A stretch of 64,000 nt of DNA, taken from contig CAWDVR010000003.1 of assembly GCA_963805975.1 (NCBI GenBank), positions 96,001-160,000 of the forward strand, read 5' to 3'. Made by a program: the position numbers and the translations under genes. Positions within the stretch are counted from its first letter, which is position 1, and each line of letters starts with the position of its first letter. This document shows positions 57,070 to 64,000 of this stretch, piece after piece. The DNA comes from an uncultured Acidobacteriota bacterium (lineage in GTDB: Bacteria; Acidobacteriota; Thermoanaerobaculia; Multivoradales; SZUA-115). Below the pieces are notes generated by a model. That model made no database searches. It was not told the DNA's origin and was given only the letters and a program-made list of their open reading frames with translations.

Positions 57070-57534
57070 GTGAAGATGGATGCCGAAGAGCATCTGGCGA
57101 GGATCCTCCGGCTGCTCCAGGGATCGATTCGTGCCGCGGGCTACACCCAGACCGAGGTCGACGAACGGATCGGCCGCCGCCGTGGCTACCTGAGCCATGT
57201 CTTCCAGCGTCGAGTCGACCTCAAGCTTCACGATCTGCTGCGTGCCCTCGAGATGCTGGAGATCGATCCCAGCGCCTTCTTCCATGCCGCGCTGAGCGGC
57301 CGGGGAGGAGAGCACCCGGCGCTCGAGGATCTGATGCAGCTCGTGACCAACAGCAAGCAGCGGGGGCTGCCGTCGCCGGCCGCGACGCAGCCGCCCGGGG
57401 CCACGGCCGAGGATCCGCGCCTGGTCGAGCGGGTGCGCGCCATCGTCCGCGACCTCCTGACCAGCTCTCCCGAGGCCGGGGAGGCAAAGCCCCCGGCCGG
57501 CCGGCCCCCGGACGGTTTAGACGCGGACGGTTAG
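57070..57534 (+). CDS. XRE-family helix-turn-helix protein
   Basis: IRAAGYTQTEVDERIGRRRGYLSHVF...LKLHDLLRALEMLEIDPSAFF; AT-rich upstream region. Confidence 0.78.
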   Translation: MKMDAEEHLARILRLLQGSIRAAGYTQTEVDERIGRRRGYLSHVFQRRVDLKLHDLLRALEMLEIDPSAFFHAALSGRGGEHPALEDLMQLVTNSKQRGLPSPAATQPPGATAEDPRLVERVRAIVRDLLTSSPEAGEAKPPAGRPPDGLDADG

Positions 57535-57662
57535 ACGCCGAAGGAGAACCCTGTCCCCGTCTTGCCGATAGGGAGCACTACCACCAATGAGTCCTGGATC
57601 GTAGAGGGTAGGTGAGGCGGGCTCGGCGTCGGCGCCGGGAGTGGGCGGGGCCTTGTCTGCCC

Positions 57663-58475
57663 TTACGACAGACCCCTGACGTAGCCCCCGTCCACCGCCA
57701 GCGACTGCCCGGTGACGTAACCTGCCTCCTCCGAGCACAGGAAGCCGATCACCGCTCCGATCTCCTCCGCCCGCGCCATGCGACCCGCCGGAATCTGCGC
57801 CGTCCAGGAGGCGATCACCTCGCCCTTGTCGAGCCCCAGGCGCGCCGCGCGGTCGGTCGCCAGCTCATCCTGCCGCTCGGTCAGCGTGTAGCCGGGCAGC
57901 ACCGCGTTGACGGTGACGCCGTCCGCCGCCACTTCCTGGGAGAGCGTCTTGAGGTAGCCGATCACCGCCGGGCGCAGCGCGTTCGAGAGCGCCAGGCCCG
58001 GTATGGGCTGCCGGGCCGAGATCGAATTGACGGCCACGATCCGGCCCCAACGGCGCTCCCGCATGCCGGGAACCACCAGGCGGCATAGCCGAGGAACGAA
58101 GAGGAGGGCGAGCGGGAGGGCCGCTTCCCAGTCTTCGTCGGTGAGCTCCAGGGCCGGCTTGGCGGTGGGCCCACCGCCGTTTGCGACCAGGATGTCGACT
58201 CCCCCGAGCCGCTCTACGACCTCCCCGACCAGCTTCCCGAGAGCGTCGCTGCTGCGCACGTCGGCGGGCACTGCCACCACCTCGGCGCCCGCCGCCTCGA
58301 GCCCCTGTCGCGCGGCCTCCAGCTTGTCGCCGCCGCGGCTCGCGATGGCGATGCGGGCCCCCCGTGCCGCCAGGGCCCGCGCCGCGGCGAGCCCCAGGCC
58401 GGAGCTCGCGCCGGTCACCAGGGCCACCCGGCCGGCGAGCGAACCTTGACCTATCCCCTCTGTGGCGTAGCTCAT
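57663..58475 (-). CDS. SDR family oxidoreductase
   Basis: TGASSGLG, LVANGGGP, SNALR (atypical catalytic motif), NAVLPG, VDGG. Confidence 0.92.
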   Translation of the reverse strand: MSYATEGIGQGSLAGRVALVTGASSGLGLAAARALAARGARIAIASRGGDKLEAARQGLEAAGAEVVAVPADVRSSDALGKLVGEVVERLGGVDILVANGGGPTAKPALELTDEDWEAALPLALLFVPRLCRLVVPGMRERRWGRIVAVNSISARQPIPGLALSNALRPAVIGYLKTLSQEVAADGVTVNAVLPGYTLTERQDELATDRAARLGLDKGEVIASWTAQIPAGRMARAEEIGAVIGFLCSEEAGYVTGQSLAVDGGYVRGLS

Positions 58476-58557
58476 AGCGCAAAGTCTAGCCAGGTTTCTA
58501 TCCTCTGCCTACATTGCGCCCACCGGGATGCGCTCACTGGAGGCGAGGAGGCGAGGA

Positions 58558-60855
58558 GTGAAGACCCGACGAGCTTGGACGGCTGTGCTGTGCTCCCTCG
58601 CCATGGTGGCGACGCCGGCGGTCTCGACCGGCGCCGGGGATCTGCCGGTCACCTCTCCTCCGGCCAAGGGTGGGCCGGCGCCGCTCCCACACCCGATCCT
58701 CTTCGTCACCCAGATGCCGATCGGCGAAGACTTCGCCACCATCGGCTCGGTCTTTGCCAACCACGGCGCCGGCCTCCAGGACGCCGGCCGCGGCGGGGAC
58801 CTCTACATCCGGTACCCGAACGGCACGCTGCGCAACCTCACCCAGCAGGCCGGCTACGGTGTCGCCGGCTTCCAGGGCGCCGGCGCGATCGCGGTGCGCA
58901 ACCCGAGCGTGCACTGGAACGGCACCAAGGCCGTGTTCAGCATGGTGGTGGGGGCGCCCACGGTGCAGTTCCAGGTCAACTCGTACTTCTGGCAGCTCTA
59001 CGAGGTGACTGGCCTCGCCCAGGGGCAGACGGCCGTCATCACCAAGGTGCCGAACCAACCTGCCGACGCCAACAACGTGATGCCGATCTACGGCACGGAC
59101 GGGCGCCTCCTCTTCGCCTCCGACCGGCCGCGAAACGGCGCCGCCCACCTCTACCCGCAGCTCGACGAGTACGAGTCCACCGCCACCAACACCGGTCTCT
59201 GGAGCCTCGACCCGGCGAGCGGCGACCTGAAGCTCTTGACCCACGCGCCGTCCGGCATCTTCCACCCGACGATCGACCGCTACGGCCGGGTGATCTTCAC
59301 CCGCTGGGACCACCTGCAGCGCGACCAGCAGGCGGACAGCGACGCGCTCGAAGGCGACAGCTACGGCACCTTCAACTACGCGAGCGAGGCGGCGGGCGCC
59401 GCGGCGCTCGCCAACCGCAACGAGGTCTTTCCCGAGCCGCGGGCGGCGCGCACCGACCTCCTGGCCGGCACCAATCTCGAGGGCCACTCGATCAACCACT
59501 TCTTCCCCTGGCAGATCAACGAGGACGGCACCGAGGAGGAGACCCTCAACCACATCGGCCGGCACGAGCTCCACGACTACTTCAACCGCAGCCTGAACGA
59601 CGATGGCAACCTGGACGAGTTCATCGCCGAGGTCTCCGGCCGCGTCAACCCGAACTCGATCCTCAACTTCCTCGAGATCCGCGAGGACGTGCTCTCGGCC
59701 GGCACCTACGTCGGCATCGAGGCCCCGGAGTTCCAGACCCACGCCAGCGGCCAGGTGATCGCGGTCGCGGCAGCGCCGACCGCCGCTCCCGACCAGATCA
59801 CGGTCTCCTACCTCACCCATCCGTCGACCGCCACCGTGGTGCCGGACGGCCAGACGCCGCCGGCCTCGCACACCGGCCACTACCGCAACCCCTTGCCGCT
59901 CTCGGACGGACGCCTCCTGGTCTCGCACACGACCGAGACCCACGAGGCCGCCAACGACGGCACGCGCCCCAACCCGGATGCACGCTACGACTTCCGCCTC
60001 AAGCTCCTGGTCACCGGGCCGGACAGCTACCTGCGCGCGGGCACGACGCTGACCGCGGGGATCACCAAGTCCCTCTCGTATTGGGACCCGGACGTGCTGG
60101 TCTCCTACAACGGGCCGCTCTGGGAGCTGGACCCGGTCGAGGTCAAGGCGCGGCCGGCGCCGCCGCGACGCGGGCCCGTGCTCGCCGCGCCCGAGCGCGC
60201 CATGTTCCTCGCCGCGGGCGTCAACCCCGTGGACCTGCAGCGCGACCTCGCCGGCCGCGGCCTGGCGCTGATGACTGTCCGCAACTCCACCTACCGCGAC
60301 GAGCTGGACCGCCAGCAGCCCTTCAACCTGCGCGTGCCGGGCGGCGAGCAGACGCTCGGCAGCGGCGGCGCCGTCTACGACATCGCTCACCTGCAGCTCT
60401 TCCAGGGCGACCAGATCCGCGGCATGGACGGCCCCGCGACCCCTCGGCCCGGCCGCCGCGTGCTCGCCCAGCTCCTGCACGAGCCCGCGGCGCTCGCCGC
60501 CAATCCGCCCAACCCCGGCGCACCGCCGGCGAGTGTCAAGATCGCGCTCGACGGCTCGGTCGCCGCCTTCGTGCCCACGCGGCGCGCGCTCTCGTGGCAG
60601 ACCGTGGCGCCAGACGGCGAGCCGGTGGTGCGGGAGCGCTACTGGATCACCTTCCAGCCCGGCGAGATCCGCGCCTGCGACGGCTGCCACGGCATCAACG
60701 CCGTCAACCAGGCGGGCGAGGCGGCCGACACCCACCCGCCGCAGGCGCTCCTCGCGCTCCTGCAGCACTGGAAGCAGCAGGTGGGGATGATCTTCTCCGA
60801 CGGCTTCGAGTCCGGCGACACGGCGGCCTGGGGCGTGGTGGTGGGCGACCCTTAG
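58558..60855 (+). CDS. Exported hydrazine-synthase-alpha-like beta-propeller protein with CxxCH heme motif
   Basis: Signal peptide, propeller-type repeats, IFTRWDH, DGSVAAFVP...RERYWITFQPGEIRACDGCH; C-terminal IFSDGFESGD. Confidence 0.75.
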   Translation: MKTRRAWTAVLCSLAMVATPAVSTGAGDLPVTSPPAKGGPAPLPHPILFVTQMPIGEDFATIGSVFANHGAGLQDAGRGGDLYIRYPNGTLRNLTQQAGYGVAGFQGAGAIAVRNPSVHWNGTKAVFSMVVGAPTVQFQVNSYFWQLYEVTGLAQGQTAVITKVPNQPADANNVMPIYGTDGRLLFASDRPRNGAAHLYPQLDEYESTATNTGLWSLDPASGDLKLLTHAPSGIFHPTIDRYGRVIFTRWDHLQRDQQADSDALEGDSYGTFNYASEAAGAAALANRNEVFPEPRAARTDLLAGTNLEGHSINHFFPWQINEDGTEEETLNHIGRHELHDYFNRSLNDDGNLDEFIAEVSGRVNPNSILNFLEIREDVLSAGTYVGIEAPEFQTHASGQVIAVAAAPTAAPDQITVSYLTHPSTATVVPDGQTPPASHTGHYRNPLPLSDGRLLVSHTTETHEAANDGTRPNPDARYDFRLKLLVTGPDSYLRAGTTLTAGITKSLSYWDPDVLVSYNGPLWELDPVEVKARPAPPRRGPVLAAPERAMFLAAGVNPVDLQRDLAGRGLALMTVRNSTYRDELDRQQPFNLRVPGGEQTLGSGGAVYDIAHLQLFQGDQIRGMDGPATPRPGRRVLAQLLHEPAALAANPPNPGAPPASVKIALDGSVAAFVPTRRALSWQTVAPDGEPVVRERYWITFQPGEIRACDGCHGINAVNQAGEAADTHPPQALLALLQHWKQQVGMIFSDGFESGDTAAWGVVVGDP

Positions 60856-60933
60856 GCACAGAGAACGCGAAGCGGCGAGGCCGAGGCGTGGCAGGCCGCG
60901 CGGCGTATACTGCCGAGGTTCACGAGGTGCGCC

Positions 60934-61134
60934 ATGAGTCGAGTCGAAGTCCTGGAGCACAAGATCAGCGAGCTTTCGGTCGAGGAGCTTTCGGAGCTCC
61001 GGCAGTGGTTCGCCGAGTTCGATGCTCAAGCATGGGATCGGCAATTCGAGAACGACGTCCAGGCCGGGAAGCTCGATGCTCTGGCTGAACGGGCCTTGCG
61101 GGCCCACGCCGCCGGCGAGACCACGGAGCTTTGA
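60934..61134 (+). CDS. Putative antitoxin (small acidic protein)
   Basis: 66 aa, AWDRQFENDVQAGKLDALA; overlaps the downstream toxin-like gene; TATACT -10 box upstream. Confidence 0.72.
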   Translation: MSRVEVLEHKISELSVEELSELRQWFAEFDAQAWDRQFENDVQAGKLDALAERALRAHAAGETTEL

Positions 61135-61385
61135 TCCACCGCGCCTCGCCCGACTTCTGGGCTTGCTACCGCGCTCTACCCGCCGAGATTCGAGACCGCG
61201 CGGACAAATCCTTCGGGCTCTTGAAGAACGACCCAAGGCATCCCTCGCTGCACTTCAAGAAAGTCGGCCGATACTGGTCCGCGCGAGTCGGCCTCCATCA
61301 TCGGGCGGTAGCGGTGGAGGCGCCGGCTGGCTTGGTCTGGTTTTGGATCGGGTCGCATTCCGAGTACGACAAGCTCGTCGGGTGA
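61131..61385 (+). CDS. ParE/RelE-like toxin
   Basis: FWACYRALP...LLKNDPRHPSLHFKKVG..WSARVG..RAVA...WFWIGSHSEYDKL. Confidence 0.8.
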   Translation: MIHRASPDFWACYRALPAEIRDRADKSFGLLKNDPRHPSLHFKKVGRYWSARVGLHHRAVAVEAPAGLVWFWIGSHSEYDKLVG

Positions 61386-61432
61386 GCCCATGCCTGCGCT
61401 ACCCCTCACTGCTGCTACAGGAGTCAATGCCC

Positions 61433-62987
61433 TCAGTTGTAGTGCTTCACCCCGGGCCAGGCCTGGGCGAGCGGTGCCTTGAGCCCGCGCGCCACCCAGA
61501 TCGTGAGGTCGTCCTCGTAGGGCATGCAATCCTGGCAGTCGAAGTGCCCGCCGGGCTCGACGCTCGCGAAGTCGCCGACGTGGTCCTCGAGAGGCCCGCC
61601 CAGGATCAGCAACACCTCGCCCGTGCAGCTCCCCGGCCCCCAGAGCCAGTAGCTGTTGTGACCGGAGACCGCCGGCGGCAGGCCCAGCTCGGGGCCGAAG
61701 AAGTCGATGGCGCCGGCTTGGCCGTAGTTGTTGCCATACACGCAGGCCTTCTCGCGGTCTTCGGGGGGCAGCGCGGAGTGGACGCGCGCCGTCGCGCGGG
61801 CGAGCTCGCGCCAGCCGTGCATGTCGGCGAAGAACTGCGGCAGGCGGCCCAGGCGGTGGTTCTCGTCGCTTCCCGGCTCTATGCCGAGCGCCGCCGCGTA
61901 GCGCACGAAGTCGTCGACCGGTAGCAGCGGCTTGGCGAGCGGCGCGGCGAACAGGATCGACACCGCGGCGATCATCGCCACCGCCCGCGCCAGCCGTGCC
62001 CGTGCCGGCCGAGCGAAGCGAGGGCCGGCGGTCCAGGCCTCGAGCGCGGTGCCCGCGGCCGGGAACAGGACAGTGAAGGCAACCGCGAAATAGTAGGGCT
62101 TCGAGACCGACAGGGCGAAGACCGCCAGCACCACGACGATCGCCCAGCCGAGCGGCCGGAAGGGCCGCGCGGCGCGGGCGGCGAGCAGCCAGCCGAGGCC
62201 GGCGAAGGCGAAGAGGAAGGCCACCGGACCGACCATCATGGGCTGCGCGAGGACGAACTCGAGCGGCCCGAGGGCGTTGATCTTCCCGGCCTGGGCGTTG
62301 GCCACGAACTCGCGTGTCGGCCAGCCGTGTGTGGCCTGCCAGAGGACGTGGGGGAGGAAGAGGAGTACTGCGAGCGCACCCCCGGCGTAGAGCCGGCGAT
62401 CGCGCAACACCTCCCAGCGGCGGCTGAGGAGGAGCCCGACGGCGAGGCCCACGCCCAGCAGGCCCACGTCCAGCTTGTTCTGGAGCCCGAGACCGGCGAC
62501 GGCGCCGAAAGCGATCCACAGCCGCGGGTCCCCCCCCCGCAAGGAGCCGCGCCGCCAGCCACGCGAGCGCCGCCCACACCAGGAGGTCGAAGGCGTTCAT
62601 CGAGAAGATCGTGAACAGCGAGAGATAGCCCGGAGCCGTCGCGGCGAGCACTTGGGCCATCACTCGCCCCCAGCGCCCGCCTCCCATCTCCCGCGCGGTC
62701 TCGCCCACCAGGAGGACCGTCGCGGCCGCGGCGAGGGAGGGGAAGAGACGGAGCCCCACCAGCGAATCCCCAAAGAGCGCCCTCGCCAACGCCGCCAGCA
62801 CCGCCACCATCGGCGGATGGTCCACGTATCCCCAGTCCAAGTGCTGGCCGCAGGCCAGGTAGTAGAGCTCGTCGCGGAAGATGCCGTAGCCCTGGGCAGT
62901 GGCAATGAAGAAGACCAGCGTCGCGAGCGGCAAAGCCCAAGTGGTCAGGATCTCGGCGCGGTCCCGGGCGGGACGAACATTGGCCAT
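61433..62987 (-). pseudogene. ArnT/PMT-like (GT39/GT83) glycosyltransferase with a frameshift in a G9 tract at 62530-62538
   Basis: N-terminal part FRDELYY...WGYVDHPP; C-terminal part GLQNK...WQATHGWP...SKPYY...NYGQAGA...SGHNSYWLWGP in another frame. Removing one G joins them into about 517 aa. Confidence 0.82.
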
Positions 62988-63529
62988 CTCTTCTCCTTTT
63001 CGGGTCTCGCTTCACCCGGCCGGCAGAAAGCGGCGAGAGTCACTTGCGCGCTCCTTATCCTATGTAGAAGGGGCCTCGGGAGCCTTCTCCCTCCTGGTCC
63101 GATCGTCTCTCAGGAACCGCGTTTGTCGGGCGACCTGCCGCGGCTGCCGCGCATCCCCGCCTGGCGGCTATCACACCACCCCGCCGCCCGCAGCCAGTGC
63201 CGGAACAGTCGCCGGCCCTCCAAACAGTGGCCGAATCGTGGCTACGCCGGGCTGCCGAGCACTAAGAACCATCGATAGATGGCCCTAAGTATCCTGAGTC
63301 TGGACCTGCTCCGTAATCGAAATCGTAAGGTTCATCGTGGAAGATTCATCAGCACTTGGCAATAGCGATGGAGAGGCCCAGCCACGCGAGCGGCAGGGGT
63401 TGGAGGAACGAAGCAGCGCGACTCCTATGCTAGGGTCACCGCTCCTTTCGCAACGTTTTCTGATCATTCGCAGGCGCTGAGGCTCTTCTAGGGACGAATG
63501 TTCGTATTTTCTATCTTCCGGAGGATTCA

Positions 63530-64000
63530 ATGTCTCGCCGACTCGTTCCAGTGCTCGTCGCCCTGATTCTCGCTCTCTTCGCAGCTCCCGTCATCGCACA
63601 GCCTCTGCTCAAGTCCGCCATCCAGGTGGACCCGGGCAACACCAAGCAGACCGGGCAGACCTTTGGCTATCGGCTGACCTACAACTGCAGCAGCACCTCG
63701 GGGCCTTGTCTCAATGCCGAGGTCGTGGACCTGCTGCCGATCGAGGTGCAGTTCCTGTCGACGGTGCCGGCCAGCCCCACCGGCGACGTGGCCGCGATCA
63801 ACGTCACGCCGAACTTCATGGGCTCGGGCCGCACGCGAGTGCAGTTCGTGCTCATCCCTTCGCTGCCGGCGGGCAACAGCGGCGACCTCCTGATCAACGT
63901 CCGTTTCCCCAACGGCTCGACCCCGGACGGCACGGTGGCGACCAACACGGCGGACGGCATCAACCTGGCGACGCCGCCGGGCACCTTCACGACGCCGCCG
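63530..64000 (+). CDS. Secreted surface protein with DUF11-like domain, runs off the window end
   Basis: GGAGG RBS, ATG at 63530; MSRRLVPVLVALILALFAAPVIAQ signal, GQTFGYRLTYNC...VVDLLP...LPAGNSG...NTA. My own translation. Confidence 0.75.
   Translation, partial: MSRRLVPVLVALILALFAAPVIAQPLLKSAIQVDPGNTKQTGQTFGYRLTYNCSSTSGPCLNAEVVDLLPIEVQFLSTVPASPTGDVAAINVTPNFMGSGRTRVQFVLIPSLPAGNSGDLLINVRFPNGSTPDGTVATNTADGINLATPPGTFTTPP

Noticed and set aside
57510-57538. Short imperfect tandem duplication GGACGGT(T)TAGACGC at the XRE gene end
   Set aside because: Only two copies and no associated element, so probably a local slippage event.
58558-60855. Anammox (hydrazine synthesis) capability
   Set aside because: Only an alpha-like homolog is present. 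No beta/gamma subunits or other anammox genes are nearby, and the genome context is not planctomycete-like.
63190-63270. Possible c-di-GMP-I riboswitch (GCCGGGCTGCCGA resembles its 3' end)
   Set aside because: The GGCAAAC...GAAA...GACGCAAAGC core is missing. A covariance-model hit would be needed.

Overview
This is a very GC-rich, gene-dense bacterial chromosomal window with about 50 CDS. I could support no rRNA, tRNA, CRISPR array, integrase or transposase. The gene content points to Acidobacteriota, probably Thermoanaerobaculia (inference): tandem acidobacterial-type VWA proteins, an Oar-like TonB-dependent receptor, many TPR proteins and a C-terminal IFSDGFESGD motif. From left to right it holds: a DrrAB-like ABC exporter; an RDD/SpoIIM/DUF4129/DUF4350/MoxR/DUF58 operon; EamA, PP2C-HAMP, TonB-C and esterase genes; an AbrB-VapC toxin-antitoxin pair; TPR/CRTAC1 genes; rlmI; an envelope block (two VWA proteins, a GT-C membrane protein, a transglutaminase-TPR lipoprotein, a sigma54-driven TBDR, TPR, sulfatase-like-TPR, M48 peptidase, pcm); an 11-kb signalling island; a MacAB-like exporter; SDRs, pdxH, tag and an XRE regulator; a hydrazine-synthase-alpha-like heme c protein; a ParE-like TA pair; a frameshifted ArnT-like glycosyltransferase; and the start of a DUF11-like secreted protein. 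The best candidate for an undescribed system is the island at 38460-49778. It carries three ECF sigma factors, a membrane Ser/Thr kinase and a protein with a duplicated NHLP-leader-like motif. It also carries a tightly coupled ECF sigma / lipoprotein TPR-CHAT (caspase-like) protease / membrane anti-sigma / secreted subtilase operon, which looks like a CRISPR-independent extracytoplasmic proteolytic signalling cascade. Family assignments come from motif recognition by eye, not database searches. Some frameshifts may be assembly errors.
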